Source of the DNA: Azolla caroliniana
Lineage: Eukaryota; Plantae; Polypodiophyta
Assembly (NCBI GenBank): GCA_043228905.1
Contig: JBHGNT010000011.1
Location: forward strand, 21,266,001 to 21,330,000
DNA length: 64,000 bases
Direction: 5' to 3'
Below, piece after piece: positions 23,133-36,150 of this stretch. Within the stretch, counting starts at the first letter, position 1. Every line of letters begins with the position of its first letter. A model generated the notes under the pieces. It worked only from the letters and a program-made list of their open reading frames with translations. It searched no databases and was not told where the DNA came from. A program made the position numbers and the translations under genes.

Positions 23133-26100
23133 AAAGGGCTATCAAGGCGTGGGGCCGCGATAGTCCGGACACTCCAGGAAAACCCCACAAGTGTACGATA
23201 GCGAAGAAGACCTGTACTATAAGTAGGAAATTTTGGTTCTCCGACAACGGAGGGTGTACGATAGTCGACGTCATTGGCCGGGAGAAGAAAAGGGCGGAGG
23301 AGCGACTTCAGGCATGTGGTATCCTTGGCCCTGGGGAGGAAATCAACGGAGCCGTGGAAGCGGTCTCTTTCGATGATACCTTGGGGGAGCTGCGAGAGGT
23401 AGTCAGAGGAGTCCTTAAAGAGGACCAGACGGTTTCGGTATGTTCGGAAAGGATGTACGAAGTCATCGCGAACTTCAGTAGAGGGCTTGAGTCGGATCGG
23501 ACGGCCTGGGTGGACACGAGGTACAAGACTGTGGACCGAAAGGTGAGGCCAATCGCGGCTCCCTTGCCAGAGGGAAGCGAGTTGCGAATAAAGGGGGTTG
23601 CATCGGACCCGAGTTTACGAAATCCGGCCCGCATAGGACACACGTTCACCGACATAACGCTACGTGAGCTCAAAATCGGTGGGGGTGGCTTCCTACTGTT
23701 GGCGGAAGAGGACCGGTTTCGGGGAATGCTCAGAAGGCACGGGAAGGCTTTCGCATTCTCACCGGAGGAGATCGGGTGCGTGGACCCGACAGTTGTAGAA
23801 CCGATGGTAATATTCACGGTACCGCATGCGCCATGGAGTCTCAAACCGATTCCAGTGCCCAGAGCTCACATCCCGAAGCTGATGGAGCTGTTAAAGCAGA
23901 AGGTCGAGATGGGCATCCTCAACCCATCGAGTGCCCCATACTCGAATCGGTGGTTTACCATGCCGAAGAAGGACGGCACGCTACGCTTTATTCAAGACTT
24001 GCAGCCGGTCAACAAGGTGACCATTCGAAACGCAGGAATCGGACCGACAATAGACGAGTTCGCGGAGGCCTTCGCCGGAAGGTCGATTTACTCGGTCGGT
24101 GATCTCTACTCGGGGTACGATCAGTTCCAGCTAGCCATAGAGAGCAGAGACATCACGACAATGCGAACTCCTCTCGGCCTAGTGCGGATGTGTACCCTAC
24201 CGCAAGGAGGGACGAACTCAGTGGCTCACATGGTGAACGCAATGAACAAGGTGCTGAGGGATTGTATCCCGGACATCACCATGCCATTTTTGGACGACGT
24301 CCCGATCAAGGGATGCCCGGTAGAGGAAAAGGACGAAATGATCGGACCGAACGGGTGCCGGAAATTCGTGGCGACGCACATCGATGACTGCGAGAAGGTG
24401 CTGCAGAGGTTAGAGGGCGCGAGGCTCACCTATGCAGGTCGTATGGCCGGAAACCGTCTCCGGCTAAGGTAGAAGCCATCTCCGCGATGAAACACGACGG
24501 TAGCTCGATCACGGAGGTTCGGAGGTTCTTGGGAGCATGGGCGTTCTACCACATATGGATCCCGCATTACGCCCACATCGCGGAGCCGTTATACGAGTTG
24601 CTGAAAAAGGGGCGAAAATTCGAGTGGAGAGATGAGCATACGGAGTCTGTCCGAAAGATGAAGGAAGCACTTGCCGCAGCTCCGGTGCTCCGGAAGGCTG
24701 TCTACAGAAAGGACACTCCAAGAGGACGTAACGGTAGACACGAGTCCGACCGGGATCGGATGGGTCGTCAACCAAGAGGACGAGGACGGCATGCGTTTCC
24801 CGATCCGGTTCAACGCGAAGGTCCTCAGCGAGCGACAGCGGGGATACGCCCAGGTTAAACGCGAACTATGGGGTATCGTTTCGGCGGTAAAGGCCGATAA
24901 AGACTACCTAATCGGGACAGAGGTAATTATCGAGACGGACTACCTGCCAATTCTTGGCATGGTTTCCGGATGCGCGACGCCGGACCTGGCAATGCTCAGG
25001 TGGATAGCGTAAATCAAGTCCCTGAATCCGGAAGTACGACACATTTCCGGGAAAGACAATGCCATGGCTGACATGCTTTCAAGGGCGAGGTTCAAAAACG
25101 AGGGCGGCATGGTTTCGGAGGATGAGGAAGTCGGCGTGGACTTCTTCGAGGCGGCTTATGTAACAACCGGCAAGGAATGCACTCCAACGCTTAACGATTT
25201 CGACGAGAGCAAGTACAGCGGGGAGTGGCTATAGATCGGCGGGTTCCTGAAAACAATGACACCGGACGCGGCATGGACAAAGGAGGAGGCCAATCGGATC
25301 CGGAAGAAAGCGTACCGATTCTTTCTCCGGGACGGGTACATACGGAAGCACCCGAAGAAGAGGAATGGCATCCCGCTCCGAGTGGTGGCGAAGAAGGAGG
25401 AACAGGAGGATTTGCTGGCGGCGTACCACGATAGTCCTTGGGCTGGACACCGTGGAACGTGGGCCACGTTCGAAAAGCTAAAAGGGAAGTATTGGTGGCC
25501 GGGACTATATCGGGACGTGCATTGATTCGTGACGACTTGTGAAAGCTGCCAGGTGCACTCCATGATCCGACACCGGAACGAGCTTCACCCGACCTACCCT
25601 CCGACCGTCCACTTCAAGTGGATGGTGGATTTGGTGACGATGCCAATGGGGGTAGGACAGATGCGGTATCTGGTGCTGGCTCGGGAGGATCTAACAAACC
25701 AGGTTGAAGGCCGAGCCCTGCAGAACAAGACGACTGCAGTCGTATGACGGTTTTTGGTTGAGGACGTGGTATGTCGATACGGGTGCGTAGGGAAGATCGT
25801 GGCTGACCGTGGTGAGTTGGACGCAGAAGAGGCTGAAGAGTTGTTCGACCGGCTAGGAGTCAAACTTTCACTCACCACAACGTACAATCCGGAGGCGAAC
25901 GGGAAGGTGGAGCGCGGACACGGGCCAATTGTCAAAGTGCTAGTACGGGCGTGCGGAGGCCAAGTCGGGAACTGGCCACGGCTGCTACCTTATGCCTTGT
26001 GGGCGGACCGGACTACGCACAGTTCGGTAACCGGGTTCATGCCGGCTGAGCTTATGTTCGGACAGAAGCCGATCATGCCAACAGAGCAAACAGTCTCCTC

Positions 26101-26563
26101 GTGGGCCATTGTGGACTGGAGGGATGAGATGAGCCAGGAGGAACTTTTGGCGACTCGGATTCGACAGCTCGAGCGGAGGCCGGAGGACGTAGAGAGAACC
26201 CCGGAGAAACTTCGGGAAGCGAGGATAAGGAACAAAGCCCGGTTCAACCAAACACACCGGCTCCAGCCAAGGAAGATCGAGGAAGGCGACTGGGTGCTAG
26301 TCTACGACAGCAGCCTCGACAATCAGCATAGGGCCACGCGGAAATTTGTGAGGAGGTGGTTCGGGCCTTACGTAGTAACAAGCGCCAACGACAATGGGAC
26401 GTACCATCTCGCGGAGCTCGACGGTACGAGAATGGCGATACCGGTAGCAGGGAAGAGGATCAAAGCGTTCAAGAAACGGCACAACGGTGAGCCGGAGCAA
26501 GGGGGCATGGACAGCAACGACGAGCAACGCGAGGCGGAGAGCGAACCGGTAAACGAGGAATAA
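23129..26563 (+). pseudogene. A2 ORF2: RT-RNase H-integrase in the -1 frame
   Basis: DLYSGYDQ, LPQGGTNS, PFLDD, VDTSPTGIGW, HDSPWAGH...CESC, MVDLV...ADRGE...NGKVER and WFGPY; several stops and frameshifts; no chromodomain. Confidence 0.9.
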
Positions 26564-28938
26564 AAGCAAGGACCGGTTTTTTCCAATAGGAACCCAATTT
26601 TGGCGCATACCGGTGGATGCGCGGTTAGGTGGGGGCGGATGTCGTGAAGAAAACCGTCCCCAGGCGCAAACTATGTATAATGTGTGTGAACCGGCCCTTA
26701 CACGTGGGCACACCCCTTGTTGTATAGTAGATAGGTAGGCACAAAAGTCAAATCCTAGGTAGCAATATTCTATATGGGAAATCGAGGAGTATCTCTGTCC
26801 GAAAGGACAGAGAATTAATGTGATGTAAACGGGTAAAACGGCCTCCCTCCTTGAGCTATAAAAGAGAGGGAGACGGTGGGGAGAGAGGATATCGCGCGCT
26901 AGAGGGGACGAAGTGCTGTCGGACTGGGACCAAGCTCTTCTCCTCTGTCGTTCTCCATAGCTTTCTTTACGCAGGTTCTCAAGAGGTTGATTCTGCTCCG
27001 TGGAACGCCTGTGTGCTTCTGACAAAATCTCCATCTTGCCTCCCCTGTGTGATCAGGCGTCGGCACCCGTCTCGCCGACCTGATCGGCTGTAACCGTTCG
27101 GGTCATCTGTATACATATATTTATATACGCGTTCTTATACTCTATCTCCTGCCCAACTTGTGTCTCTTGTGTTGTTGGGTTGCGTTCCCGCGCGCTTCTT
27201 TGTCTATACGTGTGTGGGCGTGTCTCTTCCTCTATCCTTTCGCTTCCTCACCTATTCCTCGATCCAAGACCCTAGTGGTCCCGCCTTGTTCTCCACGCAC
27301 GCGCGTAGCAACGCGACAGCGTGACGCCGGACCTAGCAATGCTCCGGTGGATAGCGTACATTAAGTCCCTGAACCCGGAGATACGGCACATCTCCGGAAA
27401 GGACAACACCATGGCCGACATACTTTCGAGGGCAAGGTTCAACGACGAAGACGGCATGGTTTCGGATGACGAAGAAGTCGACAAGGACTTCTTCGGGTCG
27501 GCTAACGTAACGACGAGGAAAGGGAACACTCCGGCGCTTAACGAATTTGACGAAAGCAGGTACGATGGGGAGTGGCTCCAAATCGGGAGGTTCCTACGGG
27601 AGGAGGCGAGCCAGATACGGAGGAAGGCATACCGATTCTTCCTGCGGGACGGGTGCATATGGAGGCACCCAAAGAAGAGAAGCAGCATTCCACTCCGAGT
27701 AGTGGCAAAGAAAGAAGAACATGGGAAACTACTGGCGGCATTTCACGAGAGCCCCTGGGCCGGACACCGCGGAACGTGGGCCACTTTCGAGAAGCTGAAG
27801 GAGAAGTACTGGTGGCTGGGACGTGCATCGGTTCGTAACGACTTGCGAAAGCTGTCAGATGCACTCCATAGTCCAACACCGGGACGAGCTACACCCGACC
27901 TACCCGCCTACGGTCCATTTCAAGTGGATGGTGGACTTGGTGACGATGCCGATGGGGGTAGGACAGATGTGATACCTGGTGCTTGCACGGGAAGACTTAA
28001 CGAACCAGGTGGAAGGTCGTGCACTGCAACGCAAGACAACCGCGGCGGTATGCCGGTTCCTGATCGAAGAAGTAGTGTGTCGGTACGGGTGCGTCGGGAG
28101 GATCGTGGCGGACCGGGGAGAGCTGGATGCGCGGGAGGCCGAGGAGATGTTCGACCGGCTAGGCGTCAAACTCTCCCTCACCACGACGTACAATCCGGAG
28201 GCGAATGGAAAGGTGGAACATGGGCACGGATCAATTGTAAAGGCGTTGGTGCGTGCATGTGGTGGGCAGGTCGGGAATTGGCCGCGACTCCTTCCTTACG
28301 CACTATGGGCGGACCGAACTACGCACAGTTCGGTGACAAGGTTTATGCTGGCAGAGCTGATGTACGGACAAAAGCCGATCATGTCGGTGGAGCGGACGGT
28401 TTTTTCGTGGGCGGCGGTAGATTGGAAGGACAAAATGAGCCGGGAGGAGTTGCTGGCAGCGCGGATTCGGCAACTCGAGCGGAGGCTAGAGGACGTGATA
28501 CAGGCGAAGGAAAGGATGCGAGTGGCAAGGGAGCGGAACAAGATCCGGTTCAACCGGACGCACCGATTGTGACCAAAGAAGATCGAGGAAGGCGACTGGT
28601 TCTTGGTATACGACAACAGCCTCGACAATCAACACAAGGCGGTGCGAAAGTTTGCTAGGAGATGGTTCGGGCCCTACACGGTGATGAGCGCGAACGACAA
28701 CGGCACGTACCACCTCGCGGAACTCGACGGGACATGGTTAGCGGTGCCGGTGGCCGGAAAGCGGATCAAAGCGTTCAAAAAGCGGTTCGAAGACGAGCCG
28801 AAGCCTGCAAGCGGGAGCGACAACGACGATCAGTTCGGGTCCGGCGGAGAATCAGAGAGCAACGAGTGAGGCCGGGTTTCTTTGATATCTACCCGTCTCT
28901 GGCGCATACCGGTGGATGCGCGGTTTGGTGGGGGTGGA

Positions 28939-29575
28939 TGTCGTGAAGAAAATCGGCGTGGATGTCGTGAAGAAAACCGGCCATAGGCGGAAACGGAGAG
29001 AAAGTGCATAAACCGGCCCTTACACGGATGGACGCGTGACTTGGTATTTACACAAATCGGTGGAGATAAATACTAAGCCGCACGCATTTATTAGGGGGGG
29101 GATTGTGCGTATCGCTGCTAGAGGGACAGGGAATAAAGGGAATACGACAAGAGAAAAAGGGGTATCGCGCGCGAGGGAGGAGGGGTGTTGCTGTAGATCT
29201 GGGTGGGAAGCCTTTCTCTTCTCGGCCGACCGTCGTTCTCTGCGGGTGTCGGGAGTTCGCTACCTCTGCTTCGGGGACAGCCCATGTGCTTCCAGTAGAG
29301 TCTCTCCTTTTCCCCCTTTTGTTTCTAGGAGTCGTGTGACTGTCGTCGGTGTGCGTGAGTAGGGTCCCCGTGTCGGGTCCGTTGCCGCCTTGTCGGTTGT
29401 AACCGTCGGAGTTTGTAATCTCTTGTCATTGTAATTAAGTGTTATGTTCTATATCTCTCCTTCTCGCTTCTACGTGTCTGTGAATCTCTCTCTCTGTCTC
29501 TCTCTCTCTCGCTCCTCGGTCCAAGACCCCCGTGGTCCCGCCCCTTTCTACATGTACGCGCATAACAACGCGACA
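28939..29575 (+). repeat. 3' LTR of A1
   Basis: PPT GGTGGGGGTGGA then TGTCGTGAAGAAAA...CAACGCGACA; the first ~24 bp are duplicated. Confidence 0.9.
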
Positions 29576-30466
29576 ACGGGTCGATCGTCAAAGCGTTAGT
29601 ATAGGCGTGTGGAGGCCAAGTCGGGAACTGGCCACGGCTCTTACCCTATGCGTTGTGGGCGAACCGGACTACGCACAATTCGATAACGGGGTTCATGCCG
29701 GCGAAACTAATGTACGGGCAAAAACCGATCATGCCGGTGGAACAGACAATTTCTTCGTGGGTCGCGGTGGGTTGGAAGGACGAAATGAGCCGGGAAGAGT
29801 TGTTGGCGGCACAAATCCGGCAACTTGAGCGGAGGCCGGAGGACGTGGAACGGGCAAAGGAGAAGTTGCGCGCTACAAGAGAACGGAACAAAACCCGTTT
29901 CGACCGAATGCACCGGCTACGACCAAAGAAGATCGAGGAAGGCGACAGGGTGCTGGTTTACGACAGCAGCCTCGACAACCAACACAAGGCGACCTGCAAA
30001 TTCGCAAGGAGATGGTACGTGTTGTTGTCGTTCGCGCTCGTCACTGTGTAGGGCCCGACGGCCTATAAAAGGGAAGGAAGCCGACGGATGAAGGGATCAC
30101 GTTTTTGGGGAGAGAGGACGAAGTGTTGTCAGACTGGGACCGAGCTCTCTCCTCCATCGTTCGTCGTTCTCTGCAGGATTTTGGACTAAGTTGCCTCTAT
30201 TTCGTGGACAACTCGTGTGCTTCCAGCAGAGGCTCCATAGTGCAGTCAGGGCTGTGTGCGTGCGTGAGCCTCGTGCGTGTGTGTATTCGCCTGAGTTGGG
30301 TTCGTTGTCGGCTTGCTGGTTGTAATCGTTACTGATTTTGTAATTAAGACTTTGTTCTCCCTTTGTGTTTCTCAAGCTGTCTCTCTCTCTTCTTTCTCAC
30401 ACTCATTGGTTCAAGGCCCCTGCGGTCCCGCCTCTTTCCGCACACGAAGAGAGTAACAACTCGACA
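29576..30466 (+). mobile_element. Third family member A3: integrase fragment plus partial LTR
   Basis: WANRTTHNSITGFMPAKLMYGQKP...; LTR remnant ending AACAACTCGACA at 30466. Confidence 0.8.
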
Positions 30467-30790
30467 ACGTTCCGCCTTGATCTTCCTCCGCATCTTCGGA
30501 TACATCCAATCTTCCATAGTTCTCTTCTTGAACCTTATAAAGCAAACATTATTCCCAATCGTGTTACACCACCGCCGCCCCCCCTTGAGTTTGACGTCGG
30601 CTCGGAGTATGAAGTTGTTGCCATCCTCGACTCCAAATTTGTTCGCAACAAACTTTATTATTTGGTCGATTGGCTCGGCTATAGTCCGAGCGAACGTACT
30701 TGGGAGCCCGTCGAGTATGTCGCCAATGCTCAGGATCTTCTTGGTGATTTTCACTGACAGTATCTCGACAAACCCGGTCCTCAATCAACG
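30467..30790 (+). pseudogene. Chromovirus integrase C-terminus with chromodomain
   Basis: FRLDLPPHLRIHPIFHSSLL...EYEVVAILDSK...YYLVDWLGYSPSERTWEP. Confidence 0.92.
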
Positions 30791-30827
30791 TCGACTCGTT
30801 CCACTCGTCATCTTAAGGGGGGGATAG

Positions 30828-31269
30828 TGTCATGATATGGCAAGACTCGAACCCATGACCTTATGGTATATGGGTCGAGCTCTTAACCATCACACCATCT
30901 ATTGTAATTCGTAGGATATTATTTTCATTTATGCTTTATTATAAGAAATTAATGTATATTCCATATTTCTCTGGAACATTCTAGAAGCTTCAGGATTACT
31001 CCTAAGAACACTATAAAAGAAGGCACTAGGCATTATGTTGAACCAAATTGGTTCAACGCCAGTCTTAAACCTCTTAGCCACTTTGTACCTATCTTTCACA
31101 TAATATATAGTTGTTATCATCATCTCTCTCTCTCTCGTCCTCGCTATTTCTCTCTCCTCTTCTCTCTCTCTCTCTCTCGGGAATCTTACGCAGTCCCGTC
31201 CTCTTAGTACTAATAGTACTTCTCTTCTTTAGTACTAATTCTCTCTCTACTTTAGTACTATTCCTGACA
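30828..31269 (+). repeat. 3' LTR of the chromovirus
   Basis: TGTCATG...CTGACA, near-identical to 15282-15707. Confidence 0.95.
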
Positions 31270-31729
31270 GAGTGAAGAATGGCGGCAATGGAGGAGTGAA
31301 CTCCATCGGATCGAACAATGACAGATGATACTTGAATCGCATAGTGTTGGTAATTGAGTGTAGAATGGCGACAATGGAGGAGTGGACTCAATAGGGTTTA
31401 GCAACAGTGATAGTAATCTAAGCCAGAATACTAAACCAGAGATGACCCACATGATGTGGCAAACGATCATGCATAATGGACCTAGGAATTCGGTATATAA
31501 TTTATGGTGCACATTTATTGTGCACATATCAATTTATGTTGCATATTTAAGGTGCTCATTTATATAATTAAAACTCTCTACTATTTTCAATGGTAGCTTT
31601 TTGTATAGCTAATTTATTAATGGTAACTTTTTGCAAAAATGAATATTTATCAATGGTAGCCTTTTGCATAGCTAATTAGCTATGTCAAGGACATACCTAA
31701 TTGTTTCCACTCGCATGCTTTCACCCCAA

Positions 31730-32130
31730 GTGGTTTTTTTCTCCACCATCGACAATGTCCACACAACTCCTATCAATGCCAAATCTCAAGTTGTGTTGGA
31801 ATTGGTCAGCCTAATAACTCTTTGGATTTTATGGAAACAACGGTGTAGACAAGTCTTCTCCAACCAAACCACACAACCAATAATGTTAATGCAAGAGATA
31901 TGGAGTGAAGTTGTAGCCACTCTAAAGAGCCAATATGATGGCCTCAAGGGCGACTCCGGTGGAGTTGAAAGACAACGACTAGCCTTTATCCAACAATGGT
32001 CATCCTCCCCCTTTATTGAGTCGGTGGGCATCCACATAAGATGGTCCTATCGCGTCACTACAAGGATTTGTATATATTAATCTCATATGTAAAATTTTAT
32101 AACTAATGGAAGGAGTTTTTTTTTTAAAAC
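31730..32130 (+). mobile_element. 5'-truncated L1 LINE 3' end
   Basis: ITLWILWKQRCRQVFSN L1 ORF2 C-terminal motif and a T/A tail; paralog at 34368-34790. Confidence 0.8.
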
Positions 32131-32599
32131 AAAATTGTAAAACCATTTGTTAAGGAGCTTGCGCATTTTACTAACCTAAAATTCTAAAGATTTTAAACTA
32201 GAATGTATTTCCAAACCCATCATTGTACCTAGTTTCAAGCCTAACAACATTAACACTATGTACACTATCTTTTATAATCGCAATAATTTGACTAATTAAT
32301 CTATAACCAATAAAGATTCCTAGTTATTATAAGAACATGCCATTAATGCCTCACATTTATGAGCACATGATTTTGTTCAACACCTTTTAGAATTATCGTA
32401 GTGTAAAGTGTACACATGGAATGTCTTGCCCTAGTTTCACTAAAGCTATTATTGTCCATACAAAGTTTGTTGCACAAGAAAATATCGCTTTTCCCTTATT
32501 CCTACAATAGTATGTATATTATTATTATGTATTGCTTATGTCTTGCTCTCACCTATCACCTACCATAATTCTTGTGCTTCTATCCTATTTTTGTATACA

Positions 32600-33900
32600 C
32601 CACACCTTACTTGCTTAATGAATGACAAGTTAGATTTAGCTCAAATATATATCTCCCATTGATGTAATATATTGATACTCCATGCTTCAAAACTTTTTAA
32701 GGCCCCCAAGTGAAGACAAGCAAAGATAGGTGTTGGGTTGAGATAGGGTTCCAATTTTGACATGGGATGGCCTTAATATGAGGTCATATGATTATGAGAC
32801 GGCCTAATGTGAGCTTCTTCATTTTGAGTAGAACCAAGCTAGTAATCATTGACCCATGTCTAAAGTATCTAGGGTTCACAATCAATGGGTTGATTGTTGT
32901 ATTCTAGCCGAAAGGACTCAACAACCAATTCTCATTCTATATAATAGGTTCCCAATGTGCATGTATGTTGATGTTTACAAACTCAACACTATTCAACACT
33001 ATCATCTAATCTTGATTTATAAAAAGTTCGAGCAATTTCAAACTACTTTGAAGTAGTTAATGATACTTTTAACTAATGGCAATAGTTTCCACAATGTCCA
33101 ACATATGAGCGAAAAGTAATTTATAGGAACCACGAATGGATGAAGCCGAGTAAAGTTCATGATTATGTATCCAAGGATGTAAGTTAGCTTTAACATGAAG
33201 AATTGAAATGAGAAAGGCAAATCTACAAAAAACAAGAATTCTTTGTGATACACAATTTCAAAAGCCAAGTAGGAAGATCTAAGCATCATTTGTAAGTGAA
33301 GCAAATATATGAAATCTTCCTCATTATGTAGAAGTTCCTCATATATATAGTTGGGGCTTGAAGGGACTAAATTAAGCCAATTCAATTAATTAACCTTTGC
33401 CTTTGTTATGTCTTATTTTCATAAAAGAGGAGGAGCATATGGAATGTAAGCATCTCTGTTTTGTGGCAAGCATAGTAGGGATGCCCAATAAATGTCTCCC
33501 CTAACCTTCTTCAAGTTAATACTATGATTTTGGGGAAACAAAACATGGATGCTTCAAGACCCAACGTTCAACCATGAGAAATTTCAATAGTCATGGTTGG
33601 CAATCCTTATCACATGGACAATCTAACCAATCAACAAAAACACTATGCTTATGACCTAGTATGTCATGACTAACCAAATCTAAGCCTCCTATGGCAATCA
33701 CAAATCTGCGCCTTCCAATGACATTTACAAAAATAAACAATCTGTATTTACAAGAGTGGGATAGAAATAGATAAGGACAAGACACATGTATATGTTGAAC
33801 TATGGACCTATTATTGGTATGGATGCCAAAACGAGGAGTTGTGGTTTTGACCTCAAATATCTCTATTTGATATCCAATCAAATTTGTGTAGATTATTGAC
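32600..33900 (-). mobile_element. Highly decayed retroelement pol remnant
   Basis: Only scattered RT/RNase H-like words; no continuous frame. Confidence 0.3.
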
Positions 33901-34367
33901 CATTGGCTATATTATGTATTTCAAAAAACAATAATAACATAAAAAAATCAAGGTTGATAATGACTTTCGAGAAATGTTTATGCATGAGCACAAAATTTGT
34001 GAATAAGATTAAAGTATTATGATCTTAGGAATCCAAAGACACGTTCCAATTCTTATCATTTATGGGAAATGTTATTAATTGGTAATATGATTGTGTTGCA
34101 TAGGTGAAGGAGTAAAAGAGGCATTGAGGGCCACGTCACATTATGTGACATTTGAAACATTTGTATGAATCGGGTGTGATGAAAGAGCCTATTGTGTGTG
34201 TTTGGGGAGACAAGATGTGCAACATCTCCAAAGGAGCCAACTAAATTAAATCAGTAAAGAAGCATTCAAGGCAGAAATCATTCTATGTGATGAACTAAAC
34301 ATAACAAGATGTGAAGCGTGTGGTGAGCATTAGGAGGAGGGGATGACTTTAGTGATAAAAGCACAAG

Positions 34368-34790
34368 AGGTTTTTTTTCTCCACCAACAGCAATGTCCAC
34401 TCAACTCCTCTTAATAACAAATCTCAAGTTGTGTTGGAATTGGTCAGCCCAATAACTCTTTGGATTCTATGGAAACAACGGTGTAGATGGGTCTTCTCCA
34501 ACCAAACCGCGCATCCAATAAGGCTACTGCAAGAGATATAGACTGAAATTGTAACCACTCTAAAGAGCCAATATGATGGCCTCAAGGGCGGCTCCGATGG
34601 AGTTGAAAGACAACGAATAGCCTTCATCCAACAATGGGTGTCTTGTCCCTTTCTTGAGTCAGTGGGCATCCACATAAGATGGAACTATCCCGTCCCTACA
34701 GGGATTTGTTTATAATTGTCTCATTTGTAAAATTTTATAACTAATGGAAGGAGTTTTTTTTGGAAAAAGAAAAAGAAAAAAGAAAAAAAG
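34368..34790 (+). mobile_element. 5'-truncated L1 LINE 3' end, second copy
   Basis: Colinear similarity to 31730-32130; A-rich tail. Confidence 0.8.
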
Positions 34791-34849
34791 ATGTGAAACG
34801 TGTGAAGAGAAACACCAAAAACTCTAAGCTAGGTAGATGAAATGTAACA

Positions 34850-36150
34850 AATCATGTAGAAGACCTCTTGTGTAAGTGTGGAGAGCAGAGGTGAGGACCT
34901 CCTACAATGTGTTGACCTTGTCATGCCATGGGTTGTAAATGACCACACTACGCTAAAAGTGCAATTACATAATGTAGTCCCAAAGAAGAGCACAATAAAT
35001 GAATTTATGTGTTGCCCACTCAACGATGCCAAGAATCTAATGTGCAACGAACATTCAATGTGGTTTGTGAAGAATGTGCCCTACTCCGCCTAGGAGCCAT
35101 GATGGGGATACAATTTACATCGAGACCACGGGGAACACCCACATTGAAACCCTTCAACAACCTCCTCCTTTTTAGAGACTTGGATGGAAATGAAACTAGT
35201 CTCAACACAATCATTTTCCTTTATAGAACATACTACACCCCGTTACACTTTTGTACCACGCTATAACTCTTTTATTTATGTTACTTTCAATGATTGGGTA
35301 CACATCAAAAGATGTCTTTAAGGAGACCATTAGGAGTTAAATCCACCAACTCCTATTAAGTTATGTTCTTGGAAACAAGTGTTCGATCTATAGAGATATT
35401 GGCGCTATAGAGAGTATATAGATACATTTAAAAAGTCGAGAATATGCCAAATCATAGATTACCACACCTCGCTTAGAATATAATATGTAAAGCACAAAAG
35501 AACCACAAAAGCAAAATTCTCTCATCCTATTGGGTAATTGACATCAAAAAATGGTTTAAATGATGGGATGGGGATGATCTCCTAGAGCTTTGAAGTGATT
35601 CCATGAAATACGTAGTTATTGAGGAAAGATAAGTGGAAAGATGCTAAAATGACAAAATTAGAATATTACGTTGCAAACATCAAACCTGAATGTTAGGTTC
35701 TATATAAGATAAGAAAGCCCATTAATCAAATTCAACCTTACCTCATTACTAACATGAGTATTAACTCCCGTAGAGCCCTAATAGTCCGTCGCACTTGATC
35801 ACACAACCTAGGTATTGAAGTTGCATTATAGAATAAAAAATCAACCAAATATAAAGACATGTAAGGTATGCAAGGAAGGGCTAGTAGAGGATGAATATCA
35901 CTTGCTTTTTACATTCTTTGCCTATATGTATTGCAATTCGCGAAAGCTATGATGATATATTAAGAGGGGGTAATGACTTGAGTGTCCCAATAAAGAGAAC
36001 ACCTAGAAGGTTGAGCTCCTATGTTTATGCCTTAATCACACATCGAAACTTGGTCCATTGAAGAATGAAGATCACTTCTTAGGAAGGAGACACACATCAA
36101 GAATACTTTTGTGCTTGGGTCCCATGGGTCATTATTGATCTCTCTATGGA
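34850..36150 (+). mobile_element. Highly decayed Gypsy-like gag/pol remnant
   Basis: Weak gag, protease and RT-like fragments. Confidence 0.3.

Larger units (their letters stand above)
20356..27318 (+). mobile_element. Full-length Ty3/gypsy copy A2 nested in the RNase H region of A1
   Basis: LTRs 20356-21008 and 26640-27318, PBS 21013-21030, PPT AGGTGGGGGCGGA, 4-bp TSD GCGC/GCGT. The host reading frame rejoins across it. Confidence 0.95.
16138..29575 (+). mobile_element. Ty3/gypsy non-chromovirus copy A1 (5'-truncated), split by a solo LTR and by copy A2
   Basis: Gag CMWCDAIGHIRKDC, protease LVDHGSEIN, RT 18828-20291 (PFLDD); RNase H/INT resume at 27323; 3' LTR 28939-29575. Confidence 0.9.
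15282..31269 (+). mobile_element. Ty3/gypsy chromovirus (Tcn1-like), internally deleted, hosting nested insertions
   Basis: Matching LTRs at 15282-~15707 (truncated) and 30828-31269; 5-bp TSD GAGTG at 15277-15281 and 31270-31274; PPT AAGGGGGGGATAG. Confidence 0.9.
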
